Shown here one piece after another: positions 16,442 to 23,848 of a DNA stretch of 32,000 nucleotides (within the stretch, counting starts at the first letter, position 1; every line of letters begins with the position of its first letter). Origin of the DNA: Nitrospira sp. (GTDB taxonomy: Bacteria > Nitrospirota > Nitrospiria > Nitrospirales > Nitrospiraceae); the NCBI GenBank assembly GCA_024760525.1, contig CP060499.1, positions 997,296 to 1,029,295 of the forward strand, in the 5' to 3' direction. The position numbers were made by a program, and so were the translations under genes. Under the pieces are notes generated by a model. It saw nothing but the letters and a program-made list of their open reading frames with translations, made no database searches and was not told the origin of the DNA.

Positions 16442-18076
16442 CTACCTGGTTTGGACCATCGGAAGCTCACGTGAACTTTCGGCTGCTTGCTGAATCCGCA
16501 GACGCTCGAGACGCGAGGCTTCGAACACGTTGTGGAGCATGTCATCCGCCACCTGTGTCAGCTGCGCCGCGGCATCTTTCATGTCGGCGTGCTCGACCAA
16601 ACGCGAGACCACTTCGGCCTTGGTAGCACCTTTCTTCTGGCCCATGAAGGGCTTGAGGAGAAGATAGACCACGTCTCGCACCGGCATGTACCGAAAGAAG
16701 CGGCGGAGGAGCTGAAAGGTTTGGACGGGGTAATGGATGAGTTTATAGACAAAAAGTTTCTTGATTCCCGCTTGTCGCACCCGGTTGATGGTTTCACCTG
16801 AGAGACAGGTCGGATCGATTTCAGAACATTTAAAATATTTGTACCAATCCGTGGATTCGTTGACCAGCCCGCGTTTGACGTATTCCTGCCACAAGGGCGT
16901 GCCCCGATAGACACAGAGCCGGTTAAACCCGAAGGTATCGAGGGGAAGGGCGGATGCGAAATCGAAGGTGGCCTCCATATCCTCGATCGTCTCGTCCGGA
17001 TTGCCCACCGTGAAAAATCCGTGCACGATCTCCACGCCGGCCTTTTTCGCATTCTTGACGGCGGTGGTGACTTGGTCCAGCGTTTGTTCCTTTTTCAAGC
17101 GATCGAGAATCTTCTGGCTGCCGCTCTCGATGCCGAACATCATGGCGCCGCAATTGGCCTTTGCCATGGCCGGAAACAGATGCTGGGCGACAGAATCCAC
17201 ACGCCCCTCAATGCCCCATCGGATCGACAGCTTTGCTTCCATGATCCCGTTGCAAATCGCCTCGATTCGCTTGGGCTGGAGCAGGAAATGGTCGTCCACA
17301 AAACCGACGGACTCATAGCCCAGTTCTTCCAGATACTTGAGTTCCGCGACCACATGCTGTGGGCTACGGGCTCGCCATTTCCCTTCGTTGAAGATCGGAA
17401 TGTCGCAAAAAATACAGGGCCAGGGGCACCCTCGAGAGGTTTGCATGGTCGTGAACCGTCTCATCGAGAGAACCACCGGCACGTCCAACGGCATGGACTC
17501 GACATAGTCGAGTTTCAAACTCTCGCGATCCGGGAAGGGCCACTGATCCAGTTGCCGCTCCATGGACCGGTTGGGATTGTGAACGACTTGCCCGTTCTTC
17601 ATCCACGTCAGACCCGCGACATCTTGCGGGTTCTCGAAGTTTGCCAGCAGGTCGAGCAGCAACTGTTCCCCGTCGCCCCGACATACATAATCAACTTCGG
17701 GGCATTGCAATTTCACCAAGGGAGCATTCAGGCTGGCGAACACACCGCCGAACGCGAGCTTCACAGCCCTATTGGTCGCGCGAATCTCCCGTGCAAGCAT
17801 CTTGGCGTAGGGATAGCTCGTGGTACTGAGAAAACTGAGGCCGACGAGCGCCGGTTGCTCTCGATTGATCTGATCGATGATGACTTGGTTCGGGGTGTCG
17901 GGGTTGGCCTGATCGAACATCACACATTCGTGTCCTGCCTGCTTGATGACGGACGACAACGACATGATGCCGATGGGAGGAAACCCCATGACGCGAATAT
18001 TGCCGTTCGTGGCGCGTGTTTTAGCGGGTAGCGCGTAGAACTGTGGATCGCGAACGTGGATCAGGTAAACGAGCAT
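16442..18076 (-). CDS. B12-binding-domain radical SAM enzyme (class B)
   Basis: 544-aa ORF. N-terminal cobalamin-binding Rossmann-like domain ('PPIGIMSLSSVIKQAGHECVMFD...LVGLSFLSTT'). Radical SAM cluster motif 'SRGCPWPCIFCD' (CX3CX2C). The substrate is unknown. Confidence 0.8.
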   Translation of the reverse strand: MLVYLIHVRDPQFYALPAKTRATNGNIRVMGFPPIGIMSLSSVIKQAGHECVMFDQANPDTPNQVIIDQINREQPALVGLSFLSTTSYPYAKMLAREIRATNRAVKLAFGGVFASLNAPLVKLQCPEVDYVCRGDGEQLLLDLLANFENPQDVAGLTWMKNGQVVHNPNRSMERQLDQWPFPDRESLKLDYVESMPLDVPVVLSMRRFTTMQTSRGCPWPCIFCDIPIFNEGKWRARSPQHVVAELKYLEELGYESVGFVDDHFLLQPKRIEAICNGIMEAKLSIRWGIEGRVDSVAQHLFPAMAKANCGAMMFGIESGSQKILDRLKKEQTLDQVTTAVKNAKKAGVEIVHGFFTVGNPDETIEDMEATFDFASALPLDTFGFNRLCVYRGTPLWQEYVKRGLVNESTDWYKYFKCSEIDPTCLSGETINRVRQAGIKKLFVYKLIHYPVQTFQLLRRFFRYMPVRDVVYLLLKPFMGQKKGATKAEVVSRLVEHADMKDAAAQLTQVADDMLHNVFEASRLERLRIQQAAESSRELPMVQTR

Positions 18077-18301
18077 ACCGGCCTCCCAACGTGGAATGGT
18101 TCCTACGGGCTACACTGCGAAGTGTACTGTGTCGTCGGGACAACGCCGGGTCACGTCACCCGCACCTCGGTTCCAGCCTCTTTTCAGAGAAACGAAAGAG
18201 AATTCAATCGAAGTATGCCTGGGGAGAATTTGGCAGGCTGGTCAAAATTGCTCACTTTTGGAAGAGAGATGAAGTATCCAGGAAGCTCTGGTCCACGAAC
18301 C

Positions 18302-19666
18302 CTACAGAATCGAATCGTGTATGGAGCTGCGGGCTGACTCTGGATGGCCTGCGGCGAGCGCGCGAAGAACCTCATCCCCATACGCCAGCAAGCTCTCCAC
18401 GTCGGCCGACTGTTTGATCTCACGCTTGGCTTCTTCCAACACCAACCGGATGTGTCTGGCGGCGGCTGCGCGCCGATCCTGGCTCGCGGTGCTGGTACAC
18501 ACGTTCTTGAGAAGCTGGATCAGGCTTCGCACGACGGTCGGCTCCTTCGCCCCGAACCGACGGATTTGTCCGGTGCTGAGCTGCAGGTAATCCGCAAAGC
18601 CCGGGAACGGAATCGCCACGCGCACCGTGCCCTGTTCGTCACGGTACAGCCCGTCGCCCAACCGTCGTCGAGCCAGAACGCAGAGGACCTCCGACAAGTG
18701 GTGCACGGCCTGGGTCGCTGTGTAGGGGTCGTTGATTGCCGAGGACAATGCTCTGTTGCCGATATCGACCAAGCGGCGGATGCCGAAGGGAATATCTTGC
18801 AGCATCGTCCGCTCGAACCCGATCTGGACCGAGTCGCGGATGGCCCTTTCAAGTTCGGGATCGGGCGACGGATGATCGGCCGATGGGTGCCAAGCCCAAG
18901 CAATCGGCGTCCCGGCGATCACGTGATGCCCCACCGATTTGACAAGCCGAATAATCAGGTCCTTCTCCGTTGCAGTGTGGACGAGCGCTTGAGGGCTGAC
19001 CTCTTGAATGTATCCGGAGCAGTGGGACGGCAGGGGAATGGCCCAGGCGGGTGGATCCGGGCAGCGCTCCTCGGATTCCGGATTGCCGATCTGGTCAGGG
19101 CAGAGGTCGTCGATGACCTCCAAGGTCTCGCGCACGATCATCTTCATGATTGTGTCGATTTGAATTGACGAGGAAAGATGATGGATGAAGTAGATCAGTA
19201 CGCCCAAGCTTGCCAATGCAAGTCCAAGCGATCCGGAGACGGCCAGCCGGGGCATGAACGCCGCCTCGTCGGGATTCTGGACCCCGACGGTATGCAGCCC
19301 TGCCGTGCTGTAGGCGAAGGCCCCCACGAAGACGCTCAGGACGAATTGCGTCCCGCGGTCGCGCATGAAATTTCGAAGCAACCGGGGGGAATACTGCCCC
19401 GAGGCGATCTGCAACGCGATGATCGTCAGCGCAAACACCAGCCCGGTCACCGTGATCATCGTGGACGACACGACGATCAGCATTTGCCGGGCGTCTTCAG
19501 GCCTACCCTGGAAGACCAGCCATCGTAAAGGGGAATCGTCGCCGATGGACACATGAGACAACACCGCTCCCGCAACCAGAAAAATCACGACGGACACGGT
19601 CGGCATGACCCAGAGTGCGCTGCGAAGGTGATCCCACAAAATCCGACGGCGAATACGCACGCTCAT
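18302..19666 (-). CDS. DUF2254-family membrane protein
   Basis: 454-aa ORF. N-terminal ~170 aa contain four predicted TM helices ('ALWVMPTVSVVIFLVAGAVL', 'VVSSTMITVTGLVFALTIIAL', etc.), followed by a large soluble domain. The family assignment is from memory of the architecture and the 'QIASGQYSPRLL' region. Confidence 0.6.
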   Translation of the reverse strand: MSVRIRRRILWDHLRSALWVMPTVSVVIFLVAGAVLSHVSIGDDSPLRWLVFQGRPEDARQMLIVVSSTMITVTGLVFALTIIALQIASGQYSPRLLRNFMRDRGTQFVLSVFVGAFAYSTAGLHTVGVQNPDEAAFMPRLAVSGSLGLALASLGVLIYFIHHLSSSIQIDTIMKMIVRETLEVIDDLCPDQIGNPESEERCPDPPAWAIPLPSHCSGYIQEVSPQALVHTATEKDLIIRLVKSVGHHVIAGTPIAWAWHPSADHPSPDPELERAIRDSVQIGFERTMLQDIPFGIRRLVDIGNRALSSAINDPYTATQAVHHLSEVLCVLARRRLGDGLYRDEQGTVRVAIPFPGFADYLQLSTGQIRRFGAKEPTVVRSLIQLLKNVCTSTASQDRRAAAARHIRLVLEEAKREIKQSADVESLLAYGDEVLRALAAGHPESARSSIHDSIL

Positions 19667-19948
19667 ATCGCGGCCTCCGATTTGAGTGCGCTCCTACGTG
19701 ATGAACGACCTGCACCTTCGAGGCTGAAGTGGACGGTGATCCCGGTAGTCCATGAAGCCGAGGCTCCAAGGTATTGATGCTGGAAGACAAACTAGCGGTA
19801 TGATCAGCAACGAGTATAGCGAGATTGATCCGCACAAAGCAAAGTTCATGATCCCGCAGAGGGGGAGAAAAACTCTGTGTTTCCATGTCCGTCCTTCTTG
19901 ATTGGCCGGCCATGAAGGAGGATAATCCAGGAAAGGTAGGATGAGTCC

Positions 19949-21049
19949 ATGCCTGTCCCGCGCGTTAGAACGGGGGCGTTTGCCGCCGGTATCGCCGCAT
20001 TGATCCTTGGATTGCTTATCTTCCATCTTCCCACCGAAGTTGCGAAATCTTTTCTCTCGTTATTTCCTCAACCGATATCGACAACGTTTGAGATGGAACA
20101 CCTCATGTCGGCGGCACGGGAAAATGCCACCGCCCTCACGCCTCAGGCTTTGGATGAACCGTCGTGGAAGCCCTTGGTGACTCGAGTCTTCAGCATGGCG
20201 TTGATCGGGCTGCCCATTTGGTACCTTTTACAACGTCGTGAACGCGAAGAGGAACTCCAACGACGCGATGAAGGCTGGGCGGCGCGCCTGCACGCGCGCA
20301 GTGAAGAGCTGATGGCCGTCAACAACGCCCTTGTCAGCGAGGTATCGAAGCGAATTGATACCGAACAATCGCTCGAAGCCAACCGGCGGGACCTTCACGT
20401 GCTTGCCTCGCAGCTTCTTCGCCTACAGGAGGACGAGCGACGGCGAATTTCGCGCGATCTGCATGACGACATCAATCAACGGTTGGCGCTCTTGTCGATC
20501 GACATCGAAATGTTGGAACAGCAGCTCTCGCACGCTTCCGACGGGACCGTCAGAACGGTGCACGCCATTCAGACCCGCATTGTCGAGCTTTCCGAAGATG
20601 TTCGCCGCCTGGCGTATCAGTTTCACCCATCCATTCTTGACGATCTTGGTTTATCCATTGCGCTCCGACGCCTCGTGGATGATTTTCAGGCCCGTACCGG
20701 GCTTAACGCCCGGTTCGTCTGCAAAGACATACCGAAACACTTGGCGCAGGACGTTGTCACCTGTTTCTACCGCTTGGCGCAAGAAGCCTTGGCGAACATT
20801 TCCCGTCATGCCAGGGCGAACAATGTTCAGGTTGAGCTTCGGCGATTGCGAGACGGCCTTCAGCTTCTGGTGAGTGATGATGGCGTGGGATTTGACGTGA
20901 ATCGTGATGAAGGCCGACGAGGAAGTCTCGGCCTATTGAGTATGAGGGAACGCGTATCCTTAGTTGCCGGAACCTTCGATATCCAATCGACACCGGGCGA
21001 GGGAACACGTGTCTGTGCGTGGGTGCCGTTGAAACAGGAGCGTGCATGA
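19949..21049 (+). CDS. sensor histidine kinase, NarX/DegS-type (HisKA_3 + HATPase_c)
   Basis: 366-aa ORF. Two TM segments flank a short (~45 aa) external loop, followed by a coiled-coil linker. H-box 'RRISRDLHDDINQRL', N-box 'QEALANISRHARA', and G-boxes 'DDGVGF' and 'GLLSMRERV...GEGTRV'. Its stop overlaps the response-regulator ATG (ATGA at 21046-21049). Confidence 0.85.
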   Translation: MPVPRVRTGAFAAGIAALILGLLIFHLPTEVAKSFLSLFPQPISTTFEMEHLMSAARENATALTPQALDEPSWKPLVTRVFSMALIGLPIWYLLQRREREEELQRRDEGWAARLHARSEELMAVNNALVSEVSKRIDTEQSLEANRRDLHVLASQLLRLQEDERRRISRDLHDDINQRLALLSIDIEMLEQQLSHASDGTVRTVHAIQTRIVELSEDVRRLAYQFHPSILDDLGLSIALRRLVDDFQARTGLNARFVCKDIPKHLAQDVVTCFYRLAQEALANISRHARANNVQVELRRLRDGLQLLVSDDGVGFDVNRDEGRRGSLGLLSMRERVSLVAGTFDIQSTPGEGTRVCAWVPLKQERA

Positions 21050-21693
21050 GCAAGCCTCGTGTCCTCTTGGCGGATGATCATGCATTAGTATTGGAAGGAT
21101 TCAAAAAGCTGCTGGAAGAGCATTGTCAGGTCGTGGGCGCCGTAGAAGACGGTCGGTCTCTGCTGGATGCGGCGAAACGGTTGCGGCCGGATATCGTGGT
21201 GATGGATATTTCGATGCCGCAACTGAACGGTCTCGATGCGGCGCGCCGCTTGCGAAAAATAGTTCCCCAGGCTCGATTGATTTTTGTGACTGTCCATGCT
21301 GATCCGGACTATGTCAATCAAGCCTTCAAGGCCGGGGCATCAGCCTACCTGCTGAAACGGTCGGCTGGGTCCGAGCTGTCACAGGCGATAGATGCGGTGA
21401 AGAAGGGCAATTATTACGTCACTTCTTTGATTGCAAAGGATCTTGTTCAATCCGCAATTTCCGAAACGGAGCCGGATAGTGGCAGTCAGGATCGCTTGCC
21501 GGCGCGCCAGCGGGAAATCTTACAGCTAGTGGCCGAAGGCCTGACTCTGAAAGAAATCGCTTCAACGCTCGGTCTCTCTCCGAAGACGGTCGAATATCAC
21601 AAGGCAAAGCTGATGGAGCAGCTTCGCCTCCATACGACGGCTGAACTGACAAAGTACGCGCTGGCCCACGGTCTCACCCCTTCATCCGAATAG
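21046..21693 (+). CDS. NarL/FixJ-family response regulator (REC + LuxR-type HTH)
   Basis: Starts at the internal ATG 21046 ('MSKPRVLLADDH'). Phospho-acceptor context 'DIVVMDISMP'. C-terminal HTH 'LPARQREILQLVAEGLTLKEIASTLGLSPKTVEYHK'. Confidence 0.9.
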   Translation: MSKPRVLLADDHALVLEGFKKLLEEHCQVVGAVEDGRSLLDAAKRLRPDIVVMDISMPQLNGLDAARRLRKIVPQARLIFVTVHADPDYVNQAFKAGASAYLLKRSAGSELSQAIDAVKKGNYYVTSLIAKDLVQSAISETEPDSGSQDRLPARQREILQLVAEGLTLKEIASTLGLSPKTVEYHKAKLMEQLRLHTTAELTKYALAHGLTPSSE

Positions 21694-21969
21694 CTTGAAG
21701 CTCGTTTTGATTTTTCCCCGAATTCCTGCCCATGGAATTTCCTCTCGCACTTTAGGCAAGTACCTAATGGCACATGAAACGGTGCCCTGCTAAATATTAA
21801 ACGTACCCGCCGTTCTTTCAACGAAAGGAGCAGAGTTCGTGGCGGCTTATGGAGGCAGAGACCCGGGGCAGTGGCTGTTGTCGATACCCAGAGTCGGGAT
21901 CTCTTCCTCTCGGTATGCCCATCTAAAAATACAAGCTTGCACATTCGTACTAAACAAGGAGGTCTAGAC

Positions 21970-22794
21970 ATGGCATCACCTCAAGCAACTGCTGACAAAG
22001 GGTATGACATATCGCAGTGGTATGACTCGAAGCCGGTGAAGTTGGGCTGGCTGGCGATCCTGGGGATCGGGGTGTTTTGGGTGCTGTATCAACGGGCCTT
22101 CGGGTACTCGCACGGGTTAGACTCCATGACCCCGGAGTTCGATTCGGTGTGGATGGGGCTGTGGCGCTTTAACATTTTAGCGAACGCCGTGTTCTTTGCC
22201 GTGACGATCGGCTGGATTTGGGTGACGCGGGACCGGAACCTGGCGAACCTGGACCACAAGCTGGAGCTGAAGCGGTACTTTTACTGGATGGGGTGGCTGG
22301 TGTGCTACATCTGGGGCGTGTACTACGCGGGCAGCTATACGCTGGAGCAAGATGCGGCGTGGCACCAAGTGATCATCCGGGACACGAGCTTCACGGCGAG
22401 CCACATTGTGGCGTTCTACGGGACGTTCCCGTTGTACATCACGTGCGGGGTGGCGAGCTACCTGTATGCGCAGACGCGGTTGCCGCTGTACGCGCAGGCG
22501 ACGTCGTTCCCGCTCGTGGCGGCGGTGGTGGGGCCGATGTTCATCCTGCCGAACGTGGGGTTGAACGAGTGGGGGCATGCGTTCTGGTTCGTCGATGAAT
22601 TGTTCTCGGCCCCGTTGCACTGGGGCTTTGTGACGTTGGGGTGGTGCGGGTTGTTCGGGGCAGCGGGCGGGGTGGCGGCGCAGATCGTGAGCCGGATGTC
22701 GAATCTGGCGGACGTGATCTGGAACAACGCGCCGAAGAGCATCCTGGATCCGTTCCCCAGCCAAGTGGGCCCCGGGCACAAGACCGTGTACTGA
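21970..22794 (+). CDS. amoC: ammonia monooxygenase subunit C (CuMMO PmoC/AmoC family)
   Basis: 274 aa from ATG 21970, which has a consensus AAGGAGG 7 nt upstream. It aligns along its whole length with Nitrosomonas europaea AmoC as I recall it ('YDxSxWYDSK', 'YQRxFxYSHGxDSMxPEFDxVWMGLWR', '[15 protein letters not shown]', '[30 protein letters not shown]'). Both metal-site ligand patterns are intact: D-x3-H-x12-H and N-x3-H-x13-H. Confidence 0.95.
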   Translation: MASPQATADKGYDISQWYDSKPVKLGWLAILGIGVFWVLYQRAFGYSHGLDSMTPEFDSVWMGLWRFNILANAVFFAVTIGWIWVTRDRNLANLDHKLELKRYFYWMGWLVCYIWGVYYAGSYTLEQDAAWHQVIIRDTSFTASHIVAFYGTFPLYITCGVASYLYAQTRLPLYAQATSFPLVAAVVGPMFILPNVGLNEWGHAFWFVDELFSAPLHWGFVTLGWCGLFGAAGGVAAQIVSRMSNLADVIWNNAPKSILDPFPSQVGPGHKTVY

Positions 22795-22921
22795 CAGGAG
22801 CTGGTCCTGAGGAGTGACGGTCAATATCAGGGACGTCCAAAACGTAGCTTGTGCTGGAACGGCAGACCGGGTAGTCCGGATCCGCCGCTCCAGCCGGCTG
22901 GAATGACGGAGGATGTCAGTT

Positions 22922-23764
22922 ATGTTTAGAACCGATGAGATTATTAAGGCCTCGAAGTTGCCGCCGGAAGGCGTGGCGATGTCCAGGCACATCGACTACA
23001 TTTATTTCATTCCGATCTTGTTTGTGACCATCGTGGGCACGTTCCACATGCACTTCGACCTGCTGGCGGGGGACTGGGATTTCTGGATTGATTGGAAGGA
23101 TCGGCAGTGGTGGCCGATCGTGACGCCCGTCACCGCGATTACCTTTTGTGCGGCCCTGCAATATTACAATTGGGTGAACTATCGGCAGCCCTTTGGGGCG
23201 ACGATCACGATTCTGGCGCTGCTGGCCGGGAAGTGGGTGACGATCGTGGCCGCCTGGTGGTGGTGGTCGAACTATCCGTATAACTTCGTGATGCCGTCCA
23301 CCCTGCTGCCGAGCGCGCTGGTGCTGGACATCGTCTTGTTGTTGACCCGGAACTGGACGTTGACGGCGGTGATCGGGGCGTGGCTGTTTGCCGCGTTGTT
23401 CTATCCGACCAACTGGGCCATCTTCGCCTATAGCCATACGCCGCTCGTCATCGACGGCACCTTGCTGTCGTGGGCGGACTACATGGGCTTTGCGTATGTC
23501 CGGACCGGGACGCCGGAGTACATTCGGATGATCGAAGTGGGCTCGCTGCGGACGTTCGGCGGGCACAGCACGATGATCTCCTCGTTCTTCGCGGCCTTCG
23601 CGTCGTCGTTGATGTACATCCTGTGGTGGCAGTTCGGGAAGTTCTTCTGCACGTCCTACTTCTACCTGACGGATGACCGGCAGCGGACGACCAAAGTGTA
23701 CGATGTGTTCGCGTACGCCACGTTGGCGAACCAGGACAAGGCCAAAGTCGGAGGGAAAGCATGA
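22922..23764 (+). CDS. amoA: ammonia monooxygenase subunit A (CuMMO PmoA/AmoA family), comammox clade A-like
   Basis: 280 aa from ATG 22922. GGAGG lies 9 nt upstream of this ATG, whereas the alternative ATG at 22913 abuts the SD. It is homologous to N. europaea AmoA throughout ('FRTxEIxKAxKxPPE', '[24 protein letters not shown]', 'YRQPFGAT', '[23 protein letters not shown]'). The recalled comammox clade A amoA primer sites match exactly at 23165-23181 and 23564-23579. Confidence 0.95.
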   Translation: MFRTDEIIKASKLPPEGVAMSRHIDYIYFIPILFVTIVGTFHMHFDLLAGDWDFWIDWKDRQWWPIVTPVTAITFCAALQYYNWVNYRQPFGATITILALLAGKWVTIVAAWWWWSNYPYNFVMPSTLLPSALVLDIVLLLTRNWTLTAVIGAWLFAALFYPTNWAIFAYSHTPLVIDGTLLSWADYMGFAYVRTGTPEYIRMIEVGSLRTFGGHSTMISSFFAAFASSLMYILWWQFGKFFCTSYFYLTDDRQRTTKVYDVFAYATLANQDKAKVGGKA

Positions 23765-23790
23765 ACGCCAAACACGCCTTCAAACGGTGA
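23761..23790 (+). pseudogene. amoB: possible 5' remnant of amoB (9 codons, then TGA TAA)
   Basis: This ATG overlaps the amoA stop (ATGA), which is where amoB would start. It encodes MNAKHAFKR*, resembling the recalled AmoB N-terminus of N. europaea (MGIKNLYKRG...) at K4, aromatic-7, K8 and R9. The rest of amoB is missing. ftsH starts 59 nt later. Confidence 0.35.
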
Positions 23791-23848
23791 TAAGAGCTTC
23801 ACGGAGATAGGCTATCTGCTCAGACAGATCTATTGTGAGAGGCTACTC

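Noticed and set aside
17021-18031. 336-aa ORF antisense to the radical SAM gene.
   Set aside because: It is a shadow ORF of a gene with clear B12-binding and CX3CX2C motifs. It has no motifs or start context of its own.
19738-19751. Short shared string (C)GGTAGTCC, also present in the amoC-amoA spacer (22870-22878), considered as a possible flanking repeat of an amoCA island.
   Set aside because: The match is only 8-9 nt and does not sit at the compositional boundaries. It is consistent with chance.
21768-21786. TGGCAC in the amoC leader as a possible sigma-54 (-24/-12) promoter.
   Set aside because: The required TTGC(A/T) element 5 nt downstream is absent (the sequence reads ACGG). The nearest GC dinucleotide is at the wrong spacing. 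I treated it only as part of a short inverted repeat.
21871-21969. 33-codon N-terminal extension of amoC given by the ORF track (start at 21871).
   Set aside because: The extension does not resemble AmoC N-termini. The ATG at 21970 has a consensus AAGGAGG at ideal spacing and aligns with the start of known AmoC ('...GYDxSxWYDSK').
22177-23783. Several long ORFs antisense or out of frame to amoC/amoA: 271 aa (22177-22992), 216 aa (22916-23566), 111 aa, 107 aa, 99 aa, and 126 aa on the sense strand.
   Set aside because: They are Arg/Pro/His-rich low-complexity translations that overlap two confidently identified genes. They are expected by-products of the strong G/C3 codon bias, which removes stop codons from the other frames.
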